From an uncultured Chloroflexia bacterium (GTDB lineage Bacteria > Chloroflexota > Limnocylindria > Limnocylindrales > CSP1-4), in contig CAWDEW010000013.1 of assembly GCA_963801445.1 (NCBI GenBank), positions 44,927 through 108,926 of the forward strand: 64,000 bases of DNA. Reading direction: 5' to 3'. The notes beneath the pieces are model-generated. The model worked only from the letters and a program-made list of their open reading frames with translations. It was not told where the DNA came from and searched no databases. Made by a program: the position numbers and the translations under genes. This document shows positions 19,711 to 29,157 of this stretch, in pieces. How positions within the stretch are numbered: the first letter of the stretch is position 1; the number at the start of each line of letters is the position of its first letter.

Positions 19711-20621
19711 GCAGCACCCCGACCTCCGGCCGCGTCACCGTCGTCGACATCGCGCGCATGTACGCCGACGGCGAACGGATCGCGACGCTCACCGCGTACG
19801 ACTACCCGACGGCCCAGATCCTCGACGAGGCCGGCATCCCGCTCCTGCTGGTCGGCGACTCGCTTGGCCAGGTCGTGCTCGGCTACGAGACCACGGTCCG
19901 GGTCACCATGGACGAGATGCTCCACCACACCAAGGCGGTCGTCCGCGGGACCGAGCGTGCCCTCGTGGTCGCGGACATGCCGTTCCTCTCGTACGCGACG
20001 CCGGACGAGGCCCTCGCCAACGCGGGACGCTTCCTGCGCGAAGCCGGCGCCCAGGCCGTGAAGGTCGAGGGAGGCGTGCGCAGCGGGCGCGTGATCGAGG
20101 CGCTCGTGCGCGCCGGAATCCCGGTGATGGCCCACATCGGGCTGACTCCCCAGGCGATCAACGCGCTGGGACGCGTCCGGGTCCAGGGCAAGAGCCGCGA
20201 GGCGGCCCGGGCGCTCCTCCAGGACGCCCTCGCCGTCCAGGAGGCCGGCGCGTTCGCGGTGGTGCTCGAGCTCGTCCCCGAGCAGCTGGCCGCGTCGATC
20301 ACGGCGCGCCTGCGCATCCCGACGATCGGGATCGGCGCGGGGGCCGGATGCTCCGGCCAGATCCAGGTGATCACCGACGTCCTGGGCCTCGGATCGTTCG
20401 TGCCGCGCCACGCCAAGCCGTACGCAGACCTGCGGGGCACGATCCTCGGGGCTGCTGCGGCGTACCGCGGGGAGGTCGAGGCGGGCACCTTCCCGGGCCC
20501 GGCCCAGACCGTCCGCATGGACGACGCCATCCTGGACGAGGTCCTGGGCCGCACGAACCAGGACCGGGCCATGGGCGGCCTGCCCATCGAAGCCGGGATC
20601 CCGCTGGACCGGGACCTCTGA
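19707..20621 (+). CDS. panB: 3-methyl-2-oxobutanoate hydroxymethyltransferase
   Basis: The GTG overlaps the coaBC stop. LTAYDYPTA..LVGDSLG..DMPF..VKVEGG..HIGLTPQ motifs. Confidence 0.9.
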   Translation: MSSTPTSGRVTVVDIARMYADGERIATLTAYDYPTAQILDEAGIPLLLVGDSLGQVVLGYETTVRVTMDEMLHHTKAVVRGTERALVVADMPFLSYATPDEALANAGRFLREAGAQAVKVEGGVRSGRVIEALVRAGIPVMAHIGLTPQAINALGRVRVQGKSREAARALLQDALAVQEAGAFAVVLELVPEQLAASITARLRIPTIGIGAGAGCSGQIQVITDVLGLGSFVPRHAKPYADLRGTILGAAAAYRGEVEAGTFPGPAQTVRMDDAILDEVLGRTNQDRAMGGLPIEAGIPLDRDL

Positions 20622-20629
20622 CCCGTCGC

Positions 20630-21460
20630 GTGGAGGTCGTCCGTACCCGCGCCGAGCTGCGCGCCGCCCTGGCCGGGCTGCCCCACCCGCTCGGGCTCGT
20701 CCCCACCATGGGCTGGCTGCACGCCGGCCACGTCTCGCTCCTCGCGCGCGCCAGGGCGGAATGCGCGACCCTCGCCGTCTCCATCTTCGTGAACCCGCGG
20801 CAGTTCAACCGCCCGGAGGACCTCGTGGCATACCCGCGCAGCGAGGCTCGCGACGTCGCGATCTGCGCCGAGGCTGGGGCCGACCTGGTATGGGCGCCCA
20901 GCGTCGCCGAGGTCTACCCGCCGGGCTTCGACACGACGGTCTCCGTCGCGCAGCTGGCCTTCCCGCTGGAGGGCGCCGCCCGCCCCGGGCACTTCGCCGG
21001 CGTCACGACCGTCGTCGCCGTCCTGCTCGGGCTGGTCCGCCCGGACCTGGCCTACTTCGGCGAGAAGGACGCCCAGCAGCTGCGGATCATCGAACGGATG
21101 GCCGCCGACCTGGACCTGACCCGGGTCGTGCGCTGCCCCACCGTCCGTGAGCCGGACGGACTCGCGCTGTCCTCGCGCAACGTCCACCTGGGCCCGGCCG
21201 ACCGCCGGGCGGCCGCCGTGATCCACCGGGCGCTCTCGGCGGGGCACGAGGCCTGGGCAGCGGGCGAGCGCGACGCGGAGACGATCCGCTCCGTGGTCCG
21301 GGGCATCCTCGCGAGCGAGGCGCGGGTCGCCACCGAGTACGTCTCCTGCGCCGACGACGTGACCCTCGAGGAGCTCGAGCGGGTCGACGGCCCGGCGGTG
21401 CTGTCGCTCGCCGCGCGCCTCGGGTCCACTCGCCTGATCGACAACGTCCGGATCGGCTGA
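20630..21460 (+). CDS. panC: pantoate--beta-alanine ligase
   Basis: GTG at residue 95 of ORF 20348..21460. LVPTMGWLHAGHVSL, FVNPRQF, YFGEKDAQQ motifs. Confidence 0.85.
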   Translation: MEVVRTRAELRAALAGLPHPLGLVPTMGWLHAGHVSLLARARAECATLAVSIFVNPRQFNRPEDLVAYPRSEARDVAICAEAGADLVWAPSVAEVYPPGFDTTVSVAQLAFPLEGAARPGHFAGVTTVVAVLLGLVRPDLAYFGEKDAQQLRIIERMAADLDLTRVVRCPTVREPDGLALSSRNVHLGPADRRAAAVIHRALSAGHEAWAAGERDAETIRSVVRGILASEARVATEYVSCADDVTLEELERVDGPAVLSLAARLGSTRLIDNVRIG

Positions 21461-21739
21461 CCCGTGGCAGCGCGGACCGAGCCGTTCGGCCCGGCGCATG
21501 CGGAGCCCGCCGCCAGGATCGCGGCGGCCCGGATCGGGTTCCTCCGTGCCGTGATCCTGACCTGCCAGCGCCGGCTGCACGGGCTCGCGGGCACCGCGTC
21601 GGCGCTCGGCGAGCCACCGGTCTGAGGGCCGCCGCCTCGTCGGCCCTGCCCGGTCCGCGGCCCGGGAACTCCGCGCGGTGGTCCGGCGTATGAGGCGTGG
21701 ACGCGCCGTTCCACGGCGTGCCGCCAGGGAGATCCCGAG

Positions 21740-22666
21740 ATGCCCACCATCGGCGCGCCTCGCGCGTTCTTGCTGCTGGTCGCCACGGTCGTGCTTGCGG
21801 CGTGCGGTGCCAGCGCGTCGCCCGGAGAGCCCGGGGCCGGATCGTCAACGGGCGGTGCCGAGAGGGCTGCGGCGCCCGCCCCGGCGGCCGCGCCTCCCGC
21901 CGCCTCGGCTGCCGGCGCGCCCGCCGACAACGGCCCGGCGTCGTTCGTGACCGCGCCGCTCATCATCCGGACCGGCACGCTCTCCCTCCAGGTCGCGAAG
22001 CTGGACGACGCGCTCGCGGCCGCCGAGACGGTCGTGACGGGCGCCGGCGGCTACGTCGCCGCGTCGCACCGCACCGGCGAAGGCGACAGTGCCTCCGCCA
22101 CCGTCACCTATCGCCTCCCCCAGGACCGCTTCGAGGCGACCCTCACGGCCCTGCGCGGGATCGGCCAGAAGATCCTGGGCGAGGATGTCGGCTCCCAGGA
22201 GGTCACCGCGCAGGTCGTGGACCTGGGCGCGCGGATCACCAACCTGCGGGCCACCGAGGCAGCCCTCCAGAAGATCATGGCCCAGGCCACCAAGATCCCG
22301 GACATCCTGACGGTCCAGGACCAGCTGACCGCGACGCGCGGGCAGATCGAGGAGCTGACCGCCCAGAAGCAGTCGCTCGAACAGCAGGCCGCGATGGCCA
22401 CGCTGACCCTCCAGCTCGGCCTGCCGCCGACCGTCGCCGTGACCCAGGTCCAGCAGCAATGGGACCCGGCGCGTGAGGCCGACCGCGCGACGGCCACCCT
22501 GTTCTCCCTGGTCCAGGGCGTCGCCAACGGGGCGATCTGGCTGGCCATCGTGGTTCTGCCGGTGGTCGTGGTGGGCGTTCTCGCCGCGATCGTGGGGCTC
22601 GTCCTCTGGCGGCGGTTCCGCCCGCGCCGGACCCTCCCGCCGACGGCAGATCCAGCGGTCGCCTGA
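21740..22666 (+). CDS. DUF4349-like lipoprotein (signal peptide with lipobox LAAC, coiled-coil, C-terminal TM)
   Basis: Signal peptide MPTIGAPRAFLLLVATVVLAACG, a central coiled-coil (ATEAALQKIMAQ.. QIEELTAQKQSLEQQ) and a C-terminal TM helix. Confidence 0.55.
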   Translation: MPTIGAPRAFLLLVATVVLAACGASASPGEPGAGSSTGGAERAAAPAPAAAPPAASAAGAPADNGPASFVTAPLIIRTGTLSLQVAKLDDALAAAETVVTGAGGYVAASHRTGEGDSASATVTYRLPQDRFEATLTALRGIGQKILGEDVGSQEVTAQVVDLGARITNLRATEAALQKIMAQATKIPDILTVQDQLTATRGQIEELTAQKQSLEQQAAMATLTLQLGLPPTVAVTQVQQQWDPAREADRATATLFSLVQGVANGAIWLAIVVLPVVVVGVLAAIVGLVLWRRFRPRRTLPPTADPAVA

Positions 22667-22699
22667 GCGGTGCCCGCCCCGGCCGCGGCCGGCCCGCCC

Positions 22700-23833
22700 T
22701 CAGGTGCGGGGTTCCGGCTCCGCGGCCGCGGCGAGGATTCGCCCGATGTCAAGGCTCGCCGCGACGACGGCCTTGATCGTCTCGATCTTCTCCCGATCGG
22801 CCGCGTGGGTCTTCACCAGGAGGTCGTGCACGTGTGAGGCGACGTTGTAGGTGTCCTCCTCCAGGAAGCAGGCGAACACCTGGGCTCGGCGCAGCTCGTC
22901 GACGAGCTCCGCCCGGGGCCGATGGGCGGACAGGACGAAGCCGAGCATCGATGGCTCGGTCTCTCCGCGGACGACGGCCGGACGGCGCGCCTCGGCCCGG
23001 TGGGCGCGCGCGAGCGCGACGATGACGTCCTCGCGATCCCCCGCGACGATGACCAGGCTGCGGCCGTGGACCGCCTGGAGGACATGGTGGGGCTCGCTCG
23101 CCGCGACGCTGATGCCGCCGATCACCGCGTCGAGGTCCGGCCCGGGAACCAGGAGCTCGGCGTGCGTCCCGGCCAGGACCATGGAGAGGCTGGGGTTGGA
23201 CAGGATCGGGCGGTACGGGATGACGCCCAGCAGCGGGATCCCGTGGCGCGCGAGCCCGCGCTCGAGGACCCGGTGGATGCCCGGCTGCGCCTCGAGGTCC
23301 ACCTTGTTGACGATGGCCCCCGCGACCGCGACGCCGTGGCTGGCGAAGAGGGACGCGTTGAGCACGATCTCGTCGATGGGACGCCCGACGCCCCCCTCGC
23401 TCAGGATGACCGCCGGGGCCCGCAGGAGCGCCGCGACGGCGGCGTTCGAGAGGTCGATGACAGCCCCGACCCCGGCGTGCCCGGTCCCCTCGACCAGGAC
23501 CAGCTCCTTCGTCTCGGCCAGGGTCGCCTGGGCGGCGAGGATGCGCGCTCCGAGATCCTCGACGACCTTGCCCTCGATGAAGGCCCTCGTGAACCCGCGC
23601 GGGATGTGCACGGGGCTGAGGACCCAGTTGGGCTCCTCGAGCGAGAAGACGGACCGCATCAGGACCGCGTCCTCGTCGGCCGGAGTCCCGCTCTCGTCGA
23701 CGACGGTCCGCTGCCCGACCGGCTTCGTGAAGCCCGTCCGGAGCCCGGCCCGCACGAACCCGTCGAAGAGGCCGAGCGCGGCCGTGGTCTTGCCCCGGTT
23801 CTGGCCGGTGGCCGCGAGGTAGAGCTGGCGCAT
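22700..23833 (-). CDS. P-loop (CbiA/BioD-like) plus DRTGG domain protein, phosphotransacetylase N-terminal-domain-like
   Basis: N-terminal LAATGQNRGKTTAALGL Walker-A-like fold; EGTGHAGVG; DRTGG-like VIVAGDREDVIVALA. Confidence 0.6.
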   Translation of the reverse strand: MRQLYLAATGQNRGKTTAALGLFDGFVRAGLRTGFTKPVGQRTVVDESGTPADEDAVLMRSVFSLEEPNWVLSPVHIPRGFTRAFIEGKVVEDLGARILAAQATLAETKELVLVEGTGHAGVGAVIDLSNAAVAALLRAPAVILSEGGVGRPIDEIVLNASLFASHGVAVAGAIVNKVDLEAQPGIHRVLERGLARHGIPLLGVIPYRPILSNPSLSMVLAGTHAELLVPGPDLDAVIGGISVAASEPHHVLQAVHGRSLVIVAGDREDVIVALARAHRAEARRPAVVRGETEPSMLGFVLSAHRPRAELVDELRRAQVFACFLEEDTYNVASHVHDLLVKTHAADREKIETIKAVVAASLDIGRILAAAAEPEPRT

Positions 23834-23861
23834 CGGGGGCCGGTCGGGTGGCCGGTCGGCC

Positions 23862-24056
23862 CTAGCGGGTCCCGCCGGCCAGCGTCGGGAACGCGACGAT
23901 GGCGAGGGCGACGATCGCGAATACGGCCAGCAGCGCGACCGCGACGCGGCGCTGGCGTCGCCCGATCGTGCCGCCGGTGGCGGTCGAGGCCACCGCGGTC
24001 CGCGCCCGTCGGCGATCCTGCGGGCGCTTCGACCTGCGGCGGTCGCGGCGGCTCAC
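23862..24056 (-). CDS. small basic single-TM protein (64 aa), translationally coupled
   Basis: The GTG overlaps the stop of the upstream 201-aa gene (GTGA). Arg-rich N-terminus followed by VAVALLAVFAIVALAIVAF. Confidence 0.3.
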   Translation of the reverse strand: MSRRDRRRSKRPQDRRRARTAVASTATGGTIGRRQRRVAVALLAVFAIVALAIVAFPTLAGGTR

Positions 24057-24658
24057 GGGCGGGGCGTCGTCTTCCGCTCGACGAGCGCGAGCGCGTCGCG
24101 CAGGCGGGCGACCATCTCCTGCTCGACCGCGTCGGGCTCGAGATACGGCCCGAGGCGCTCGAGGACGTCGGCGACCAGGCCGAGGTAGACGCTCGCGTCG
24201 GCAACGAAGAACTGGGGCTCGTTGTTGTAGCGGACCAGGGTGAGCCGACCCTGCAGGACGCGGCGCTCCTCGACGTGGGCGATCTGGGTCGCGAAGCTGT
24301 GGCCCTGGATGCCGTCCGGGTTGTTGAGGTAGTTGAGGGCGTTGTCGATCGCCAGCCCGAACCGCGCTCGCCAGGCCACGAGGCGCTCGAGCACCTCGGG
24401 CGCGATCCGCACCTCGGAGACTTCGTCGAACACCTCGGGGGCGACGGTCAGGAGGCCGACGAGCGTCGAGCCGGCCCGGGCGCCCAGCATGACCTGGAGC
24501 GAGCGCTCGAGGGTGAAGACCTCGGAATCGAAGCGGGGACTCGTGATCACGTCGGTCAGGAGATCCTCGACGTTGTCGAGCACCGCGGAGTCGGCCATCG
24601 CGTTGGCGAGGGCGATGATCTCCTCCTTGAACAGGAACTTCTCTTCGTGGTCGAGCAT
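24053..24658 (-). CDS. hypothetical cytoplasmic protein (201 aa)
   Basis: C-terminal part of ORF 24053..26581, starting at MLDHEEKFLFKEEIIALANAM. No recognised family. Confidence 0.5.
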   Translation of the reverse strand: MLDHEEKFLFKEEIIALANAMADSAVLDNVEDLLTDVITSPRFDSEVFTLERSLQVMLGARAGSTLVGLLTVAPEVFDEVSEVRIAPEVLERLVAWRARFGLAIDNALNYLNNPDGIQGHSFATQIAHVEERRVLQGRLTLVRYNNEPQFFVADASVYLGLVADVLERLGPYLEPDAVEQEMVARLRDALALVERKTTPRP

Positions 24659-24711
24659 GGCCGGATGGTAGCAGGAGCCGCGCGGGCGCCCATCCCGGGT
24701 TCGGTCCCCGG

Positions 24712-26451
24712 TCAGCCGTCGCCGAGGCGGCTGAAGAGGTTCCGGGTGATCCGGGCCACCCGATCGTCCAGCGGGGTGATCCGGCCACGGTAGGCGTGCT
24801 GGCCGAAGTCGTCCAGCGCCCAGGACCACTGGAACGTGCCGGCCGCCACGACGGTCGCCCCCGAGGTCGCCTGGTAGACCGTCGCCGTGTGGACCGCCGG
24901 GGTCGGGATGTCGCCGATCCCATTGCCTGGGCGCCGCGTCTCCGCCTGCACCGGTCCGCGCGCCCAGAGCAGCGTGCCGGCCGGCGCCAGCCGCTCGACG
25001 TAGGTGTCGTACTCCTGCCCCACGAGGTTGATGAACCGGTCGCCTTCCCGGACGCCCGTGCCTTCGTAGAGCCAGTGGCCGGGGTTCGTGACGACCCAGT
25101 CGGCGGGCACGCGGACAGGGTTGCCGTACATCTGGCCGATCAGCGCGGCCTCGGGCTGCCGCACGGGCGGCTCTCTCCAGCGGCAGGTTGCCAGGCTCGA
25201 CGTTGTCGCCGCGACGGGATCCCGGGCCGCCGACTTCCAGCAGGTCATCCGGCGCCCGGCGCCAAGGAGCGACGGCTCGAGCCGCATCTGCCAGTAGACG
25301 GAGTTGGCGGCCAGGAAGGCGACGTTCGATCCGGCCGCGATCGCGGCCTCGAGCGTCTCCCGCATCGGGCGCGACCAGTACTCGTGGTGGCCCGCGAACA
25401 CCAGCAGGCGCCGCCCGCCAGCGATCTCCGGGTTGAGCTCCAGGTCGATGTCGGCGCAATAGTCGAGATCGCGCCCTTCGCGCTCCTGCCAGCGGACGAA
25501 GGCCGCCTCCCAGCGGGGCAGGTAGCCCGCGCCGCCGTATTCCCCGTAGGGCCGATCGAAGCCGACCTGGATCGCTCGCTCCCCGCCGAGCCCGGTGTAC
25601 GGGCCGATCGGCCGCGCTCCGTAGAAGCTGGTTCCGCCGTACTCGTTGTAGGCCTGCCAGGTCGCCTGGGCGCTCACGAACAGGACCGGCGCCGTCCGGG
25701 CGTCCGGCCCGCGCCGGACGATGAGGACGGCGCAGCCGGGTGCACCCGCCGACGGGACGAGCGCGGCGAGGTAGACCCCGCTCGGCCAGTCCACCGGCAC
25801 CTCGAAGCGCAGGGCCTCCGGCCACGCCTCCTCCACCAGGCCGCTCGCCGGGTCCGGCGGGGCCGTACGGCCCGACCGCGCCACGAGGTTGCGGTCCACC
25901 CGGACAGGCCGGCCCCCGGCCCCACCGTACCAGCCAAGCCGGTACCAGTGGACCTCGAAAGGTCCTCTCCCGCTTGCCCGCAGGCCCACGGAATCCCCGG
26001 GCGCCGCCGAGATCCGGTCGAGGAAGCCGCGGATCGAAGCGGACGAGAACAATGCCGCCTGCCACGCCGCGTTCCCCGTCCGCGCGTTCTCCTCGCGAAT
26101 GGGCGAGGGGCCTGCGGGCGGCGGCTCGGACGGGCCCGCCGAGGCGGTCGTCCTGGGTCCGGGCGACGAGGCGGGGGCTGCGGTCGGCATCGATGCCGGG
26201 GAGGAGGGAGTGGTGGACGAAGCCGGCGTGCCACTCGGGACCGGACTCGCGCAGGCTGCGACGAGCGCCCCGGCCCCCGCGAGCCCCGCGCCGATGGCGG
26301 CGCCGAGGAGCGCGCGCCGCGAGAGGCGTGGACCAGCCGGCTCCGGAGACTCCTGATCGGCCACGGGGGGATGATCCGCCAAACCGGCGCACCACGCTCG
26401 ACGACGCAGCGCCGGGTCCCCGGTCGAGACGGGGGACCTGGGACACGCCAT
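24712..26451 (-). CDS. Tat-secreted protein, N,N-dimethylformamidase beta-subunit-like family
   Basis: Twin-arginine signal SRRALLGAAIGAGLAGAGALVAACA, then a Ser/Pro-rich linker. LLVFAGHHEYWSRPMRETLEAAIAAGSNVAFLAANSVYWQ resembles the DmfA2-like conserved core. The start is uncertain (an internal GTG is possible). Confidence 0.45.
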   Translation of the reverse strand: MACPRSPVSTGDPALRRRAWCAGLADHPPVADQESPEPAGPRLSRRALLGAAIGAGLAGAGALVAACASPVPSGTPASSTTPSSPASMPTAAPASSPGPRTTASAGPSEPPPAGPSPIREENARTGNAAWQAALFSSASIRGFLDRISAAPGDSVGLRASGRGPFEVHWYRLGWYGGAGGRPVRVDRNLVARSGRTAPPDPASGLVEEAWPEALRFEVPVDWPSGVYLAALVPSAGAPGCAVLIVRRGPDARTAPVLFVSAQATWQAYNEYGGTSFYGARPIGPYTGLGGERAIQVGFDRPYGEYGGAGYLPRWEAAFVRWQEREGRDLDYCADIDLELNPEIAGGRRLLVFAGHHEYWSRPMRETLEAAIAAGSNVAFLAANSVYWQMRLEPSLLGAGRRMTCWKSAARDPVAATTSSLATCRWREPPVRQPEAALIGQMYGNPVRVPADWVVTNPGHWLYEGTGVREGDRFINLVGQEYDTYVERLAPAGTLLWARGPVQAETRRPGNGIGDIPTPAVHTATVYQATSGATVVAAGTFQWSWALDDFGQHAYRGRITPLDDRVARITRNLFSRLGDG

Positions 26452-26540
26452 GGAGCCGCGCCCGCGAAACGGTGAAGGCCCCGGCCGCAGCCGGGGCCTT
26501 CACCTGGTGCAGCCGGGGCGCTGGGCCCGTGGCGGGAATT

Positions 26541-27806
26541 CTACGGGTAGAGGCCGCGCAGGGCGGTGGTGTCGGCGACACGCTTCACGGCGACGAGGTA
26601 CGCCGCCGTCCGCATGTCGACCTCTTCGAGCTTGGCCATGGCGAGGACCTCGCCGAAGCTCCGATCCATGATCTCCTTGAGCTTGGCGTTGACGACCGCC
26701 TCGCTCCAATGGTCGCGGTTCAGGTCCTGGACCCACTCGAAGTAGCTGACGGTCACGCCGCCGGCGTTGGCGAGGATGTCAGGGATCATGAAGACGCCCT
26801 TCTTCGCCAGGATCAGGTCAGCCTCGGGCGTCGTGGGGCCGTTGGCGGCCTCGGCGACGATCTTGGCCTTGACGTTCTCGGCGTTGCGGGCGGTGATCTG
26901 GTTCTCGTAGGCGGCCGGGATCAGGATGTCGACCGGGAGCTCGAGCAGGTCGCCGTTCGTGATGGTGGTGCTGCCGGGGAACCCGACGACCGTCCCGTGC
27001 TCCTTCTTCCAGCTGAGCACCTTGTCGACGTCGAGGCCGGCCGGGTTGTGGATCGCGCCGCCGGTGTCGGAGACGGCCACGACCGTGGAACCCTCGTCAC
27101 GCATGAGCCGCGCGGCGATGGAGCCGGCGTTGCCGAAGCCCTGGACGGCCACGGTGGTCGTGCGGAGGTCCATCCCGAGGTGCCTCGCGGCGTCGACGAT
27201 CGTGAACACGCAACCGCGGGCGGTGGCCTCGTTGCGGCCCTCGGAGCCACCCAGGCTGATGGGCTTGCCCGTCACGACGCCCGGCACCGTGTACCCGGCG
27301 TGCATGGAGTAGGTGTCCATCATCCAGGCCATGATCTGGGGCGTGGTGTTGACGTCCGGGGCGGGGATGTCGCGCTCCGGGCCGATCAGGACGCTGATCT
27401 CGGTGGTGAAGCGCCGGGTAAGGGCCTCGAGCTCCTTCATCGACAGCTTCTTCGGGTCGACGATCACGCCGCCCTTGCCGCCGCCGTACGGGATGCCCAC
27501 GACCGCGCACTTCCAGGTCATCCACATCGCGAGGGCCTTGACCTCGTCGATGCTCACGTCCTGGTGGTACCGGATGCCGCCCTTGGCCGGGCCGCGTCCG
27601 AGGTTGTGCTGCACGCGGTAGCCGGTGAAGACCTGCACGGTCCCGTCGTCCATCTTGACGGGGAAGGTCACGGTGAGGGCTCGCCGCGGCTCGCGCAGCA
27701 CCCGGCGCAGGCCGGGCTCAAGGTTGAGACGCTCGGCGGCGAGGTCGAACTGGCGCTGTGCGACCTGCCACGCGTTTATCGCGGGCGCCGCCTGCTCGGT
27801 GGTCAT
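26541..27806 (-). CDS. gdhA: NAD(P)-specific glutamate dehydrogenase (421 aa)
   Basis: KGGIRYHQDVSIDEVKALAMWMTWKCAVVGIPYGGGKGG and Rossmann-fold GFGNAG motifs. A CAGGAGGA ribosome-binding site precedes the ATG. Confidence 0.9.
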   Translation of the reverse strand: MTTEQAAPAINAWQVAQRQFDLAAERLNLEPGLRRVLREPRRALTVTFPVKMDDGTVQVFTGYRVQHNLGRGPAKGGIRYHQDVSIDEVKALAMWMTWKCAVVGIPYGGGKGGVIVDPKKLSMKELEALTRRFTTEISVLIGPERDIPAPDVNTTPQIMAWMMDTYSMHAGYTVPGVVTGKPISLGGSEGRNEATARGCVFTIVDAARHLGMDLRTTTVAVQGFGNAGSIAARLMRDEGSTVVAVSDTGGAIHNPAGLDVDKVLSWKKEHGTVVGFPGSTTITNGDLLELPVDILIPAAYENQITARNAENVKAKIVAEAANGPTTPEADLILAKKGVFMIPDILANAGGVTVSYFEWVQDLNRDHWSEAVVNAKLKEIMDRSFGEVLAMAKLEEVDMRTAAYLVAVKRVADTTALRGLYP

Positions 27807-28276
27807 GGAGTGGGGATCCTCCTGTGCGGGTCCGCCCGTCGGACCGTTGGTCTGCTGGTCGGCCCCAACGGGGTGACCGCGCTGCCGCCTTCGGGACGGC
27901 TGCCGGTCGCCGGGCGATCGGCGTGGCCGTCGCGCGGCGACTGGATGGTCGTTGGGCCGATCTTCGACCGACCCTACCCCGAGCGGACAGTGCCGAACGG
28001 GGACGCCGGGTCCGGGCGGAACGGCCCGCGGCCCGGCGGCAATCGTACCGCCACTGAGTCGCCGCTGCTTCGCAACCTTCGGCCCCGCGCGCCCGGGCGC
28101 TTCGGTCGTGGCGGGGCCCGGCGCGAGGGTGTCCCCGGCGACCGCGCGACACGGCGGCCCGACCCGGGGAGGCGCTTGCCCCAGCGGTGTGCGCGTGGCA
28201 CGATCCGGCAGGCGGCGCGTCCCCCGCGACCGGCGTTGCCGTCTGCCCTCCGGGCGTCGCGGAGAGGTGAGGACAG

Positions 28277-28342
28277 ATGACGGCGAGTCGGCCCCTCTTC
28301 CCGCGCGGCAGGATGAGTGCTTCCAGGCGATCGCGCCGATGA
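28277..28342 (+). CDS. possible 21-codon upstream ORF / leader peptide
   Basis: Strong SD GGAGAGGTGAGGA then ATG. It encodes MTASRPLFPRGRMSASRRSRR, and its TGA overlaps the ATG of the downstream DUF3592-like gene (ATGA). Confidence 0.25.
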   Translation: MTASRPLFPRGRMSASRRSRR

Positions 28343-29115
28343 TCATCGCGAAGCCCAGCTGGGCCCTGACGGCGCTGCTGGTGGTCGGGGTCGCCCTGAT
28401 CGGGGCCGCGCTCTGGTTCGCGATGGAGGACCTCCTCCTCGCGGTCGATGGCGACCAGGCCAGTGCGACCGTCGTGGCGAAGCGGATCGATCCTACCCAC
28501 TACTCGGGTCGGGGTGACGACAACGGCTACTTCGCCACGGTCGCCTTCACGCCCGCCGGCGCGGCGCCGGTCCAGTCCGAGCACCTCGTGGCCTCCAGGG
28601 ATGCCTGGACGAGCATGTCCGTCGGGTCAGTCGTGGGCGTCGAATACGTGAAGGCGTTCCCCGAGGCGATGAACGTCCTGGTCCTCCCCGGGGCGCCCGG
28701 CGTCGGCCTTCTCGACGCGCTGCTTCCCTTCGCTCTGCCCGGCGGCATGGGCCTCGTGTTCGCGTTCATCGGGGCCCGCTACCTGCGCGCGCTCCGCGGC
28801 GACGAGGCCCTGGTGCGCCGGCTGCGATCCGTCGGCGTGGTCACCACCGGCACGGTCGTGACCAATGATGCCGGGCGCCTCTGGGTGGCCGGGAACCTGC
28901 AGCGCCGGATCTCGTTCCATTACGCGGACGGCTCGGGCGGCCAGCACACCGCGACGAGCGGCTGGATGCCCCTTGCCCAGGCCAGGGAATGGAAGGCCCG
29001 CGAGACCGGGGTGGTCCGCTATGACCCGGCCAGGCCGGGATTGGCTGCGTGGTACGGCCGCGAGCCGGGCGACCCGGCTGTCGCCCCGGGCGACCCGCCG
29101 GCAGTGCGCCACTAG
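28339..29115 (+). CDS. membrane protein with two DUF3592-like domains
   Basis: Starts MIIAKPSW (residue 130 of ORF 27952..29115). TM helices separate two beta-rich segments, the second ending VVRYDPARPG, typical of DUF3592. Confidence 0.5.
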   Translation: MIIAKPSWALTALLVVGVALIGAALWFAMEDLLLAVDGDQASATVVAKRIDPTHYSGRGDDNGYFATVAFTPAGAAPVQSEHLVASRDAWTSMSVGSVVGVEYVKAFPEAMNVLVLPGAPGVGLLDALLPFALPGGMGLVFAFIGARYLRALRGDEALVRRLRSVGVVTTGTVVTNDAGRLWVAGNLQRRISFHYADGSGGQHTATSGWMPLAQAREWKARETGVVRYDPARPGLAAWYGREPGDPAVAPGDPPAVRH

Positions 29116-29157
29116 CGGGCCACGACGGAGTCGCTCCTCGCGGCCTCATCCGCGCGG

